Below, one piece after another: positions 18,399 through 26,769 of a stretch of 64,000 nucleotides of DNA; position 1 is the first letter of the stretch, and every line of letters starts with the position of its first letter. This DNA comes from Escherichia phage vB_EcoM-P3322: sequence record PV191315.1, one strand, 5' to 3'. A program made the position numbers and the translations under genes. Under the pieces are notes generated by a model. The model was not told the DNA's origin. It worked only from the letters and a program-made list of their open reading frames with translations, and searched no databases.

Positions 18399-18635
18399 TT
18401 ATTGATTGATGTTATAATGAAAATTATTTTCTTCAATAGCTTTTAAAATAAAAGCCGTGATCGCTTTCGTGTCTACTTGTTCGAACGTATCAGAATAGCA
18501 CCAATAATAATCATCCCCTACTTTCGGCGGGTAAACCTGGACAAGGAGATCGCCACCTGGTTGATCTATAAGCTCAACATGCAAGCCGGATGATTCAGCG
18601 GTTTTAACGGCGGTTAATACTGTTGCAATACTCAT
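18399..18635 (-). CDS. hypothetical protein
   Basis: 78-aa ORF; GC hairpin 18651-18666 in 5' leader. Confidence 0.5.
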   Translation of the reverse strand: MSIATVLTAVKTAESSGLHVELIDQPGGDLLVQVYPPKVGDDYYWCYSDTFEQVDTKAITAFILKAIEENNFHYNINQ

Positions 18636-18679
18636 AATCTTTTCCTTTCTGATGTGGGGCGTTGCCGCCCCTTTGTTGA

Positions 18680-18979
18680 TTAGATCGCTGTTTCCAGTAG
18701 TTCGGCTAACGTCTTACCGCCTGATAGTTGGTCTAACGTTTGCTCTTCTGGCAAGAAATTAGCTGATATTAATCCGACTTGATTTCCTTTGTGCCAATTA
18801 GCTTGACGGATGATTCCATCCTTTAAAGATTTTACCGCCATTGTGCAACCGTCGCCAAATGATTCATTTTTATGATCCATCACTTCATAAGCGCCCAGCT
18901 TGCTACTGTTAGGCACCATTAACGCGAATACATCACCAACAACCAGTTTTTCTACGGTAATAATAGCGATAGTTTCCAT
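18680..18979 (-). CDS. hypothetical protein
   Basis: 99-aa ORF, GAGGA RBS, module upstream. Confidence 0.5.
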   Translation of the reverse strand: METIAIITVEKLVVGDVFALMVPNSSKLGAYEVMDHKNESFGDGCTMAVKSLKDGIIRQANWHKGNQVGLISANFLPEEQTLDQLSGGKTLAELLETAI

Positions 18980-19007
18980 TTTACTTTCCTCATTATCGGC
19001 GGCACCA

Positions 19008-19064
19008 TTGCCGCCCTACGTGGTAAATATTAGCACACTGGCGATCTGTGTCAATACTTTTTAT
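19008..19064 (-). promoter_or_regulatory. promoter + 5' GC-hairpin module
   Basis: rc: TTGACA, 17-nt spacer, TAATAT, CACGTAGGGCGGCAATGGTGCCGCC. Confidence 0.55.
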
Positions 19065-19447
19065 TCAATATAAATCAAATTATCTTCACCAATGTAAGCC
19101 GACACGTTCGGCATAAACTTAGCTGCATTGGTTAGGCGGTTGGCTGTGTTAGTGGTGTATATTTCAGGGCGATCCCAAAAGCCTACGCCGTGACCGTTAC
19201 GGGTAAAATGTAAATCATTCCCGATCTGGTTGGCTGTTGCGCCGTCGCTCATTGCCTCAGAGATAGCGGCAAGATTAGCATTAATAAAGGCTGTTACATC
19301 CTGGGCGATCCGTTGATCTGCGCTAGGAGAAAAATCATAATCGTCTAAGTTATCAATAAAATTACCTTCATGATCCCTTGCTGATTCAGCAAAAATAAAG
19401 GCTTCTTTATAGCCGTTGATGATTTCAATAATGATTTCTGTTTTCAT
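19061..19447 (-). CDS. hypothetical protein
   Basis: 128-aa ORF. Confidence 0.55.
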   Translation of the reverse strand: MKTEIIIEIINGYKEAFIFAESARDHEGNFIDNLDDYDFSPSADQRIAQDVTAFINANLAAISEAMSDGATANQIGNDLHFTRNGHGVGFWDRPEIYTTNTANRLTNAAKFMPNVSAYIGEDNLIYIE

Positions 19448-19668
19448 GCTGTACGCTCGACAATAATAATAGTTTGCGGGATCTCGTTTTCTACTACTAA
19501 CAAGGCTTTTTTCTGTGTGATAGATATTTTAACACGTTGTAAAGTAGCGGTAAAATCTTTCATTTCATTATGCGCGGATTTAGTACAATGCCAGATCTCA
19601 GGCTTACCAACTTGTAAGCCGCGTAAAAATTCCGTTTTGCCTGTTTTGTTCGTGATCATTTGTTTCAC
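19444..19668 (-). CDS. hypothetical protein
   Basis: 74-aa ORF. Confidence 0.5.
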   Translation of the reverse strand: MKQMITNKTGKTEFLRGLQVGKPEIWHCTKSAHNEMKDFTATLQRVKISITQKKALLVVENEIPQTIIIVERTA

Positions 19669-19669
19669 C

Positions 19670-19774
19670 TTAACCGATACCGTGGGAAGATAGGATCATA
19701 TTAGCCATAGTTGCAACTACTCCAACCGATAACGCCAGGCCAACCACTGCAACCGTGAAAATTTTCTCTAACAT
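19670..19774 (-). CDS. small hydrophobic peptide
   Basis: 34-aa ORF (MLEKIFTVAVVGLALSVGVV...) directly downstream of a module; track ORF extended through the promoter. Confidence 0.3.
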   Translation of the reverse strand: MLEKIFTVAVVGLALSVGVVATMANMILSSHGIG

Positions 19775-19793
19775 GATTCTACCCTCATTAATG

Positions 19794-19854
19794 GGCGTTG
19801 CACCATTGCCCCGCCCTACGTAATACACTTTACTAGATAACAAATTATTGTCAA
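19794..19854 (-). promoter_or_regulatory. promoter + 5' GC-hairpin module
   Basis: rc: TTGACA (19849-19854), -10, TACGTAGGGCGGGGCAATGGTGCAACGCCC. Confidence 0.5.
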
Positions 19855-19995
19855 GCTTTATTTTACTTCCCAAACGGAAAATTCGCTGCCTGTTGGGATC
19901 ATTTTTTTAATCTTGTTTGCTGCCGCTACCAGGTCAACGGCTTGTACTGTAATAATATAACCAATTGTCGAGGCTGTTGCGTTGAAAGTTTTCAT
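19816..19995 (-). CDS. hypothetical small protein
   Basis: 59-aa ORF (MKTFNATASTIGY...), AAGGG RBS; 3' end overlaps downstream module. Confidence 0.35.
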
Positions 19996-20014
19996 TATAT
20001 TGCCCTTTAATACA

Positions 20015-20037
20015 GGCGGGATTAATCCCGCCTTTTT
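20015..20037 (+). terminator. terminator-like hairpin (plus-strand orientation)
   Basis: GGCGGGATTAATCCCGCC followed by TTTTTG on plus strand, inside minus-strand block. Confidence 0.4.
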
Positions 20038-20039
20038 GA

Positions 20040-20210
20040 TTACTCTTCATTATCGCCGTTATAGTATTCAATGCCGTTTTCATCGGTTACGGTGATGTTA
20101 ACGCCACCGATAGCAACACGATCACGGGCAAACGTCATAGCTTCATTTAAATCTTCAGACCAAAAAATATTGTGACCTTTGCGCGATACATAAAACATAG
20201 TCGGGATCAT
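20040..20210 (-). CDS. hypothetical small protein
   Basis: Start at internal ATG (rc 20208-20210, MIPTMFYVSRKG); longer track ORF would run through the upstream module. Confidence 0.45.
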   Translation of the reverse strand: MIPTMFYVSRKGHNIFWSEDLNEAMTFARDRVAIGGVNITVTDENGIEYYNGDNEE

Positions 20211-20232
20211 GATTTGTTTCTCTTCTGTTATG

Positions 20233-20293
20233 AGCGGTGGACCATTCCGCCGCCCTATGTGGTAAACTTTACTACGTTGTTTGCCTGCTGTCA
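20233..20293 (-). promoter_or_regulatory. promoter + 5' GC-hairpin module
   Basis: rc: TTGACA (20288-20293), -10, CACATAGGGCGGCGGAATGGTCCACCGC. Confidence 0.5.
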
Positions 20294-20295
20294 AA

Positions 20296-20580
20296 CTATT
20301 TTTTAATGTTTTGCCCTACAAAATCGATCACTTCCTTAAGCTGTCTCTCTGTCATGATCGTACCTGGTAACTCTTCTTTAATTTCTTCCGGTAAATAGAT
20401 ATTACCGCGCCAGGTTAACAAACAACCGTTTTGATCTTCGCAGATAGAATAAGAAAACATCCACTCGCAATCATTTTCAAGCTCCCAAAAACACAAAAAG
20501 TCTTCTTTCCCTAAGTTTTCAACGGTTAAACATAATCCGCGACGTGCTGCATAATTAGTTAGGCTTTTTGTGATTTTCAT
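20296..20580 (-). CDS. hypothetical protein
   Basis: Start at internal ATG (rc 20578-20580, MKITKSLTNY). Confidence 0.5.
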   Translation of the reverse strand: MKITKSLTNYAARRGLCLTVENLGKEDFLCFWELENDCEWMFSYSICEDQNGCLLTWRGNIYLPEEIKEELPGTIMTERQLKEVIDFVGQNIKK

Positions 20581-20599
20581 GATTTTTCTCTCTTCTTGT

Positions 20600-20657
20600 G
20601 AGCGGCACCATTGCCGCCCTACAAGATACATATTACCAGATTAAGCGGACTTGTCAA
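20600..20657 (-). promoter_or_regulatory. promoter + 5' GC-hairpin module
   Basis: rc: TTGACA (20652-20657), TAATAT, TTGTAGGGCGGCAATGGTGCCGCTC. Confidence 0.55.
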
Positions 20658-20658
20658 A

Positions 20659-20769
20659 CTATTTTTTCTTTTTCTTTGCTTTCAATCGTCTAAGGTTACG
20701 GCTGGACTTATTGCGCAAGGCGCTTAGATCGTCGTACCCTTTCCATGCTTGCATATCTTTCGGATTCAT
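20659..20769 (-). CDS. small basic protein
   Basis: 36-aa ORF (MNPKDMQAWKGY...KAKKKKK) with AAGGGGA RBS. Confidence 0.35.
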   Translation of the reverse strand: MNPKDMQAWKGYDDLSALRNKSSRNLRRLKAKKKKK

Positions 20770-20778
20770 GTTATCCCC

Positions 20779-20940
20779 TTACTTGTTAGCCGGATCATAT
20801 ACCAGGACCGCGCCGCTTGCTTTCACGCTTTCCGCTTCATAGTTGCGCAGATCGTTTTCTGTAAGATTGAGCGCGATCACTTCCTCGATCTCAACGCCAG
20901 CGGCAAGGGCGATCTCTTTGATAATATCTGTTGTTTTCAT
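20779..20940 (-). CDS. hypothetical small protein
   Basis: Start at internal ATG (rc 20938-20940, MKTTDIIKEI). Confidence 0.4.
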   Translation of the reverse strand: MKTTDIIKEIALAAGVEIEEVIALNLTENDLRNYEAESVKASGAVLVYDPANK

Positions 20941-20950
20941 GGTGTGCACC

Positions 20951-21070
20951 TTATAAGATGATTGATAAGATAGTGACAACGAAAGCGATTATACTGATGG
21001 CAAATGTCATCTTTTTACCTTCGGATACTGCCGGATTTTCTACCGTGTATTCTACTGTGTACTTGCTCAT
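20951..21070 (-). CDS. small membrane peptide
   Basis: 39-aa ORF with C-terminal TM segment FAISIIAFVVTILSIIL. Confidence 0.35.
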   Translation of the reverse strand: MSKYTVEYTVENPAVSEGKKMTFAISIIAFVVTILSIIL

Positions 21071-21093
21071 CGTGTAATCCTCTCGTTTGCTTT

Positions 21094-21150
21094 GGGAACT
21101 ATTCCCGCCGCCCTATGAATTAAATATACACTATCTCAAAATGATTGCAA
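21094..21150 (-). promoter_or_regulatory. promoter + 5' GC-hairpin module (TTGCAA -35 variant)
   Basis: rc: TTGCAA, -10, TTCATAGGGCGGCGGGAATAGTTCCC. Confidence 0.5.
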
Positions 21151-21168
21151 GCCTTTTTCTAAATTATT

Positions 21169-21453
21169 TTATTCAGTAAACAAACCATCATTTACAACGG
21201 CGGCGATGATCTCCCGTGCCATTGATTCAGGGAAAGGGGCGCTATAGTCCTGGCTTGTCTCATCGGTATCGGTGATCCAATGATAAGCTAACGAGTAAAA
21301 GCCTTTACTAACTGTTTTCAGTGAGATGATGATCACTCGGTCAAGCTTATTGGTGAATGTTGCCGTTAATGTGTTACCCTCCTGCGTCATGTTGGACAAG
21401 TAAGCGAGATCATTAATCAGGGAAAACATTAGCACGGTGTTAGCTTTACTCAT
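21169..21453 (-). CDS. hypothetical protein
   Basis: Start at internal ATG (rc 21451-21453, MSKANTVLMF) with GAGGA RBS. Confidence 0.5.
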   Translation of the reverse strand: MSKANTVLMFSLINDLAYLSNMTQEGNTLTATFTNKLDRVIIISLKTVSKGFYSLAYHWITDTDETSQDYSAPFPESMAREIIAAVVNDGLFTE

Positions 21454-21471
21454 GATTGCATCCTCAAAGGG

Positions 21472-21530
21472 GCGCGGCACCATTGCCGCCCTACACGATA
21501 ACTATAACACAATGTAAAACAGGGTCAACC
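21472..21530 (-). promoter_or_regulatory. promoter + 5' GC-hairpin module
   Basis: rc: TTGACC, TATAGT, TATCGTGTAGGGCGGCAATGGTGCCGCGCC. Confidence 0.5.
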
Positions 21531-21731
21531 TTTATTTTTCCACGGTGTCAGCTTGTTAATCATTGGTGATAAATAGCGTTTACCAACGTAAAACAGTACG
21601 CCAACTGATGCAACGGCGGCGACCTCATGCATAGCCGACGGGAAACGGGTATCATAATAAGATCCAATAATAGCAATAGCGGCAACGGCTGCAACGTCGA
21701 TAATGATTTTCTCTTGTTTTGCGGTGATCAT
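21525..21731 (-). CDS. small membrane protein
   Basis: 68 aa with two hydrophobic segments. Confidence 0.5.
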   Translation of the reverse strand: MITAKQEKIIIDVAAVAAIAIIGSYYDTRFPSAMHEVAAVASVGVLFYVGKRYLSPMINKLTPWKNKG

Positions 21732-21752
21732 AGTATTTACCTTTTTGTATGG

Positions 21753-21810
21753 TGGGGAACTATTCCCCGCCTGATGTAATACAGTTTAACAGGTCCGGTT
21801 ATGGTGTCAA
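21753..21810 (-). promoter_or_regulatory. promoter + 5' GC-hairpin module
   Basis: rc: TTGACA (21805-21810), -10, ACATCAGGCGGGGAATAGTTCCCCACC. Confidence 0.5.
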
Positions 21811-21816
21811 CCACTT

Positions 21817-22002
21817 TTAAAGATATTTTATGCTAATGACGTTTTCAGGTTTTACCTTGTTATAATGTGCATCAACATAGATCAAACCATCGTCAGAAAA
21901 GCCCAGGATCACGCCCTGCGCGATAAAACCGTACTCGTCACGGTAACGCACGGCTATTTTTAATGTTGCGTTGTAGGCTGTTTTAAGCTCGTTTAAAGTC
22001 AT
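21817..22002 (-). CDS. hypothetical protein
   Basis: 61-aa ORF. Confidence 0.45.
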   Translation of the reverse strand: MTLNELKTAYNATLKIAVRYRDEYGFIAQGVILGFSDDGLIYVDAHYNKVKPENVISIKYL

Positions 22003-22021
22003 TTTTGTTTATCCTCTACAT

Positions 22022-22051
22022 GTAAAAAGAAAGGGCGCTTGATGCGCCCTT
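22022..22051 (-). terminator. intrinsic terminator
   Basis: AAGGGCGCATCAAGCGCCCTT hairpin followed on minus strand by TTCTTTTTAC. Confidence 0.6.
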
Positions 22052-22057
22052 GTTATG

Positions 22058-22204
22058 TTAATCCTCTAAATCCATCCAATTATATTTGTCACTCTTCCCG
22101 CGCTTTGTTTTATTACGCTTGTCACCTTTGCGGATCACTTCCTCGTTCCAGGCCTTGCGGATCTTGGAAGATTGAATTTTTTCTGCGCGATTAGATGTAT
22201 TCAT
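22058..22204 (-). CDS. small basic protein
   Basis: 48-aa ORF (MNTSNRAEKIQSSKIRK...) between module and terminator. Confidence 0.4.
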   Translation of the reverse strand: MNTSNRAEKIQSSKIRKAWNEEVIRKGDKRNKTKRGKSDKYNWMDLED

Positions 22205-22221
22205 TTTGTTTCCTCTTTATA

Positions 22222-22277
22222 TGAGCGGCACCATTGCCGCTATATTGTTAATTTAAACTGTTTTGTAAAATTGTCAA
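22222..22277 (-). promoter_or_regulatory. promoter + 5' GC-hairpin module
   Basis: rc: TTGACA (22272-22277), spacer, -10, TAGCGGCAATGGTGCCGCTC. Confidence 0.5.
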
Positions 22278-22283
22278 GGTTTA

Positions 22284-22637
22284 TCATTCATAAGAGCAAG
22301 CAAGGATCACGCCTGCAATATAAAGCCAATAATTTTCCCTTTCTCGTTGGATTTTATCATCGCTGCTATTCTCTTTAATGTATCCCCAGGATGTTAACAA
22401 GCGATCAATTTCCCAATATTCGAAAGCTATATTAATATCTGATGGCAAACCTTGTAACCATGATGCAAGTGCTTTAACAATACTATAATTAAAACGTGAT
22501 TGATTATCAGGGTACCAGTACTCGGAATTAAAACGGCGCATCAATTCCGCGATCTTCTCTTTTTCGGTTGTAATACCGTAATCATTAAAATCGATAGCGG
22601 CAAGGATGTACTCTTTAATTGCATTTTGTGCTTTCAT
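22284..22637 (-). CDS. hypothetical protein
   Basis: 117-aa ORF. Confidence 0.5.
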   Translation of the reverse strand: MKAQNAIKEYILAAIDFNDYGITTEKEKIAELMRRFNSEYWYPDNQSRFNYSIVKALASWLQGLPSDINIAFEYWEIDRLLTSWGYIKENSSDDKIQRERENYWLYIAGVILACSYE

Positions 22638-22654
22638 GGTCTTTCTCTCTTTTT

Positions 22655-22712
22655 AGCGGGAACTATTCCCGCCCTACGTGTAACAGTTTACTGAAAATTA
22701 AATCCGTGTCAA
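22655..22712 (-). promoter_or_regulatory. promoter + 5' GC-hairpin module
   Basis: rc: TTGACA (22707-22712), -10, CACGTAGGGCGGGAATAGTTCCCGCT. Confidence 0.55.
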
Positions 22713-22715
22713 GCT

Positions 22716-22937
22716 TTATTTTGTTACTACCATTTGGTACCCTGTTTCAATGTTAGTAAATACTGTTATCCCGTCCTGGCGTTCACTCATTAGCATACAA
22801 GGCGCTAACATCCTTTCTACTGCCTTGCACTCATTGTAAACGGCGGTTATGTCTCCTGCGGCCTTGTCTTCTGTGGTGAATGTATCGTTTATGTAAACTT
22901 GACTAGCGACAACGGCGACAATAGCGAAAGTGATCAT
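22716..22937 (-). CDS. hypothetical protein with hydrophobic N-terminus
   Basis: 73 aa; MITFAIVAVVASQVY signal/anchor-like start. Confidence 0.5.
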   Translation of the reverse strand: MITFAIVAVVASQVYINDTFTTEDKAAGDITAVYNECKAVERMLAPCMLMSERQDGITVFTNIETGYQMVVTK

Positions 22938-23010
22938 GATATTTTTCTCTTTATGTGTTTCTATTAGTTGATATTACAGCAATTCGCAGATTATTTTTTA
23001 GCAATTCGTG

Positions 23011-23229
23011 CTATTTACTCATAACAGTATCGAAAACAAATTTTTCTTTGTTGTCAAAGCTCACGTATCCGATTCTACCACGCAAGCCGCAAGTAGTGCC
23101 GTATTCGTAACCGTCAAGACCTTTAACCTTCCAATCCACGCCCATTAAAACCGCATTATATTTCTGACCAACTACAAACGCGCCACCAGTTGATTCAATG
23201 CAAACAACTTTAATTTTACGGATTGCCAT
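23011..23229 (-). CDS. hypothetical protein
   Basis: 72-aa ORF. Confidence 0.5.
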   Translation of the reverse strand: MAIRKIKVVCIESTGGAFVVGQKYNAVLMGVDWKVKGLDGYEYGTTCGLRGRIGYVSFDNKEKFVFDTVMSK

Positions 23230-23265
23230 TTTCTTTCTCTCTTTCTGGTGATTGGTTTCTCTTCT

Positions 23266-23305
23266 CTATAGCGCCCATTGTAAGGCGCTATAACGAAAAG
23301 TCAAC
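23266..23305 (-). promoter_or_regulatory. promoter with palindrome spanning the -10
   Basis: rc: GTTGAC -35, 16-nt spacer, TACAAT; 9-bp arms TATAGCGCC...GGCGCTATA (23266-23291) flank the -10. Confidence 0.45.
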
Positions 23306-23307
23306 GA

Positions 23308-23475
23308 TTATTTTTTAAGGCTTAAAGTACCTAACTTGTCAGCATGACGCAGACCAGGGAATATCCATTTGCCTGACTCATCTTTCACCGGGGCTTTAAG
23401 CGTAGCGCCCAGGTTGGCGGCGTTAACTTTACGTGCAACGTTGCGAGCGGCTTCACGGGTAGCGAAAGTGATCAT
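23308..23475 (-). CDS. hypothetical small protein
   Basis: 55-aa ORF (MITFATREAARNVARKV...). Confidence 0.4.
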   Translation of the reverse strand: MITFATREAARNVARKVNAANLGATLKAPVKDESGKWIFPGLRHADKLGTLSLKK

Positions 23476-23499
23476 GGTGTTTTCCTCTTCTCTTTGTTA

Positions 23500-23561
23500 G
23501 GCGGTGGACCATTCCGCCGCCTTGATGTAATACAGTTTACTTTATTTTATTAAGATTGCAA
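23500..23561 (-). promoter_or_regulatory. promoter + 5' GC-hairpin module (TTGCAA variant)
   Basis: rc: TTGCAA, -10, CATCAAGGCGGCGGAATGGTCCACCGCC. Confidence 0.5.
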
Positions 23562-23567
23562 GCGGTT

Positions 23568-23783
23568 TTATGAAATAATTGTCAAAGTAAAATCATAAGA
23601 CTGATTTAATTTATATTGTACTTTATTGCCGTAGTAGTCACCTTTACGTAAAGATCCGCGAATACCTATCACATCCTTTACATCTTTAAGATTTTTTACG
23701 CCTGTAATGTCTTTATTGAAATACTCGTCATCTGAAAATAAAACTTGACTTGCATTTTTTAACAGTGTACGGATATTAGCCAT
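23568..23783 (-). CDS. hypothetical protein
   Basis: 71-aa ORF. Confidence 0.45.
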   Translation of the reverse strand: MANIRTLLKNASQVLFSDDEYFNKDITGVKNLKDVKDVIGIRGSLRKGDYYGNKVQYKLNQSYDFTLTIIS

Positions 23784-23806
23784 CGTGATAATCTCTCTTC
23801 TGTTGT

Positions 23807-23864
23807 GAGCGGCACTATTGCCGCCCTACGTAATACAGTTTACTCTTTTTCTTTCCGGTGTCAA
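23807..23864 (-). promoter_or_regulatory. promoter + 5' GC-hairpin module
   Basis: rc: TTGACA (23859-23864), -10, TACGTAGGGCGGCAATAGTGCCGCTC. Confidence 0.55.
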
Positions 23865-23873
23865 CAATCTTTT

Positions 23874-24101
23874 TCAGATTAATTCATCCAGGCATAACAG
23901 GCGATCAACGTTGAGATCGGTTAGGCTGATGGTTGGCACCTGGTAGGATTCGATGTACTCGACGCTTGCATATTCCCCAAAATTAGCAACAGCCCACTTA
24001 TTCAAGATCTCACATACATCATTAATCTTTTTGTTTGTTACAACTGCAATGACCTGGGAAGTGCCAACGGTGCCGGATACGCGAACAATATTGATAGCCA
24101 T
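23874..24101 (-). CDS. hypothetical protein
   Basis: 75-aa ORF. Confidence 0.45.
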   Translation of the reverse strand: MAINIVRVSGTVGTSQVIAVVTNKKINDVCEILNKWAVANFGEYASVEYIESYQVPTISLTDLNVDRLLCLDELI

Positions 24102-24122
24102 AATCTTTAATCTCTCTGTTTT

Positions 24123-24182
24123 GGCGGGAAACCACTTCCCGCCCTATGTGATACATCTTACACTAATTTTAAACGTTGTCAA
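24123..24182 (-). promoter_or_regulatory. promoter + 5' GC-hairpin module
   Basis: rc: TTGACA (24177-24182), TAAGAT-type -10, CACATAGGGCGGGAAGTGGTTTCCCGCC. Confidence 0.55.
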
Positions 24183-24191
24183 CTGTTTTTA

Positions 24192-24431
24192 TTACATTCC
24201 AACCATCGCGGCACGGATCGCAGTAGTGCTATATTTGAAACCGTCTGGCGTTTTATCTTGTCCAGTTTGTTCCAGAAAAAGCATCATATCCCGCGCCGCA
24301 TCATTACGATTAGCATTAGCGTTAATAAAATCTTGGGCCAACCGGTATAACGATTCATCGTTATTAATCCAAAGGCTTACATTCCAATGAGTTTTGTTTT
24401 TGTGACCGTTGTACATTTTAGATTTAGCCAT
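24192..24431 (-). CDS. hypothetical protein
   Basis: 79-aa ORF. Confidence 0.45.
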   Translation of the reverse strand: MAKSKMYNGHKNKTHWNVSLWINNDESLYRLAQDFINANANRNDAARDMMLFLEQTGQDKTPDGFKYSTTAIRAAMVGM

Positions 24432-24465
24432 GATTTTTCTCTCTTTTTCAGTGAGGCGGGAAGTG

Positions 24466-24514
24466 TTCCCGCTCTCTATGTAATACAGTTTACTCTTTTT
24501 ATTCGTGCTGTCAA
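24466..24514 (-). promoter_or_regulatory. promoter + 5' GC-hairpin module
   Basis: rc: TTGACA (24509-24514), -10, CATAGAGAGCGGGAACACTTCCCGCC. Confidence 0.5.
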
Positions 24515-24520
24515 TGCTTT

Positions 24521-24886
24521 TTATAAATCTTTTTTACGTTTTACATCGCTCGCATGACTGTATACAGTGATCCCATTGTCACGGCAAAAACGGGAAAGAT
24601 ACGCGCCGCGTGAAAACTCTTTACCTTCCATATTAATAACCTTGCTAAATTCTTCTAGGGCAACGGTATCAAAATGATCCCCATAGCCATATTGAAACGG
24701 AACGTTAACTACTTCGATCAGTTTACCGCCGATCTCAACATCAACCATCAAAGAGAAATAAGTATTACCATAAGACTTTTGAAACCAGCGACGGGCGCTA
24801 ATATGTACCGCTTCAATGCTGGATAGTTCAATTTTAGCAGTGTTAGCCAGGGTAGCATAAGCAGAAACATTGATATTTTTAGCCAT
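24521..24886 (-). CDS. hypothetical protein
   Basis: 121-aa ORF; degenerate module upstream (24890-24975). Confidence 0.5.
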   Translation of the reverse strand: MAKNINVSAYATLANTAKIELSSIEAVHISARRWFQKSYGNTYFSLMVDVEIGGKLIEVVNVPFQYGYGDHFDTVALEEFSKVINMEGKEFSRGAYLSRFCRDNGITVYSHASDVKRKKDL

Positions 24887-24981
24887 AGTCTTTAATCTCT
24901 TTTGATTAGTTAGGAGTATTCCCGATAAAAGTTATTATGCTTATACTATCACTCATTGTCAATAGTATAAGACTAAAACTT

Positions 24982-25161
24982 TTAACGATAATCGTTATAG
25001 GCTTTATTGACCTGGCGAATGTAACATTCGAAAGCAAGATCAATGTATTCGTATTCACGCACATAATCACCATAGGTCACTACATACATTTTTAAAGTTT
25101 CCTCATAAGCCAGGAGGATCGAATCTAAACCTATAATCTCAGTTTTTGCAATGATAGCCAT
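24982..25161 (-). CDS. hypothetical small protein
   Basis: 59-aa ORF (MAIIAKTEIIGLD...). Confidence 0.4.
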   Translation of the reverse strand: MAIIAKTEIIGLDSILLAYEETLKMYVVTYGDYVREYEYIDLAFECYIRQVNKAYNDYR

Positions 25162-25181
25162 GATGTTAACCTTTTATTGTT

Positions 25182-25238
25182 GGCGGCACCATTGCCGCCC
25201 TACGTGATAAACTATACCAGAATTTTAAACAGTGTCAA
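25182..25238 (-). promoter_or_regulatory. promoter + 5' GC-hairpin module
   Basis: rc: TTGACA (25233-25238), 16-nt spacer, TATAGT, CACGTAGGGCGGCAATGGTGCCGCC. Confidence 0.6.
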
Positions 25239-25244
25239 CCGTTT

Positions 25245-25607
25245 TTATTCGTAAATTTTACCGCTTTCGGCCCATACCATAACGCGGCGCATACTATCCC
25301 AAGTGTTTTGATCCAAGTTTAAGCCGTGCAACTCTTCGGTACTTCCCAGACCAGGTACCGCTTTGTTGTAAGTTGCATATAAGCGCCCTTGATACTCATA
25401 CGCCAGAGTAAGATCCGTTTGAATCATCTTTTTAAGCATAGCATTAAGCATCATATTAGCGGCATGTTGATCACGTTTTAGCGGTAACATATCAATAAGG
25501 GCGCGATAAGCTGAAACATGAATATCAACCGTTTCACGTGGTAAATTTTTCATATCATCACGGAAAGATACCAGATTAAACATGATAGTATTGATTTGCT
25601 TGCTCAT
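25245..25607 (-). CDS. hypothetical protein
   Basis: 120-aa ORF. Confidence 0.5.
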   Translation of the reverse strand: MSKQINTIMFNLVSFRDDMKNLPRETVDIHVSAYRALIDMLPLKRDQHAANMMLNAMLKKMIQTDLTLAYEYQGRLYATYNKAVPGLGSTEELHGLNLDQNTWDSMRRVMVWAESGKIYE

Positions 25608-25628
25608 TGTGTTACCCTTTTTTGTTTT

Positions 25629-25689
25629 GGCGGGGAAGTATTCCGCCGCCCTATGTGATACATCTTACCAGATTAAAAAACGTTGTCAA
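25629..25689 (-). promoter_or_regulatory. promoter + 5' GC-hairpin module
   Basis: rc: TTGACA (25684-25689), 16-nt spacer, TAAGAT (25662-25667), CACATAGGGCGGCGGAATACTTCCCCGCC. Confidence 0.6.
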
Positions 25690-25698
25690 GAATATTTT

Positions 25699-25794
25699 TT
25701 AGAAAATAATAACCGCTACTACAACCCAAAATGGAACGGCTAGAATGATAGCGTTAATCGTTCCAACCGTCAAGCTATTTTCTTTATTAATCAT
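25699..25794 (-). CDS. small membrane peptide
   Basis: 31-aa ORF (MINKENSLTVGTINAIILAVPFWVVVAVIIF). Confidence 0.3.
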   Translation of the reverse strand: MINKENSLTVGTINAIILAVPFWVVVAVIIF

Positions 25795-25822
25795 TGTAAG
25801 CCTCTTGCATAATTTCACTATT

Positions 25823-25880
25823 AGCGGCACCATTGCCGCCCTACGTGGTAAATATTATGCCAGTGGCGGCGATATGTCAA
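25823..25880 (-). promoter_or_regulatory. promoter + 5' GC-hairpin module
   Basis: rc: TTGACA (25875-25880), 17-nt spacer, TAATAT, CACGTAGGGCGGCAATGGTGCCGC. Confidence 0.6.
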
Positions 25881-26443
25881 AGACTATTTTCAAAGTTTTC
25901 TAGTGCGATCCTTTTTTCTTCCTCTGTTGGCTGATAATCAGGAAAAGCATCAACACACAACAACGGCGGGATCTCTTCGTACTCTTCCTCTTCCGTTGTC
26001 TCCTCGTCTTCCTCCTGGGCTATGGCTGCAATTTTGGCTAATTTTCTTTCAGCTTGAATCAATTTACCATCAAGTACGTTTTTTGCCATGTTGTAAGCGG
26101 TCCAGGTGATGCGCTTACTTTCCAATGCTTCATCAAGCGCCGCTATCTTGCTGGGGTATTCATCCAGGACACGAAAAGCCGGATCAATTTTGTACAAAGG
26201 ATTATCTTTCGCGCCGTCGCTCGCATCTTCCGCACTGGATAAATCAGCGTTACCATTTGCCAGCCAGCCAGGGCGCACATAACGCGCTTTTACGTTGCCG
26301 TTACTACGTGCTAATCTGTTACCTATTTGCTCACCGCTATATCCCGTGGATTCATCGATAAGATGATCGGGAATGATGCGCGGATCATCTGCTTCATGTT
26401 TTACCCAAGACTGGATCACATATTCGCGGCCCATATTAACCAC
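25877..26443 (-). CDS. hypothetical protein with acidic C-terminal stretch
   Basis: 188 aa; EEDEETTEEEEYEE acidic segment. Confidence 0.55.
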   Translation of the reverse strand: MVNMGREYVIQSWVKHEADDPRIIPDHLIDESTGYSGEQIGNRLARSNGNVKARYVRPGWLANGNADLSSAEDASDGAKDNPLYKIDPAFRVLDEYPSKIAALDEALESKRITWTAYNMAKNVLDGKLIQAERKLAKIAAIAQEEDEETTEEEEYEEIPPLLCVDAFPDYQPTEEEKRIALENFENSL

Positions 26444-26693
26444 CTTTTTTCAACAATTGGCATACTTTAAAAAGACTTGCTGAATCCTTGCAAGGGTAGA
26501 AAGATGTACGATAATCACGTACGCCAACCTTGCGGATCTCGATGTTTTCGCATGTTGTTTGATCAAAGATATTTATTTCATCACGCCCCCTTATATAAAC
26601 ATAGTGGGGATGTATTAACGCATATTTTGCTAATCTGTAAAAAGCGTTATCTTTGAACGCGATCACGTGACCTTTTAATTTGATGTAAAACAT
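26436..26693 (-). CDS. hypothetical protein
   Basis: 85-aa ORF. Confidence 0.45.
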   Translation of the reverse strand: MFYIKLKGHVIAFKDNAFYRLAKYALIHPHYVYIRGRDEINIFDQTTCENIEIRKVGVRDYRTSFYPCKDSASLFKVCQLLKKGG

Positions 26694-26710
26694 TCTACCA
26701 CCTTACAAAT

Positions 26711-26766
26711 AGCGGGAACTATTCCCGCTTTATGTAACATATTAACAAATTATTCGTTAATGTCAA
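26711..26766 (-). promoter_or_regulatory. promoter + 5' GC-hairpin module
   Basis: rc: TTGACA (26761-26766), -10, CATAAAGCGGGAATAGTTCCCGCT. Confidence 0.55.
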
Positions 26767-26769
26767 GCC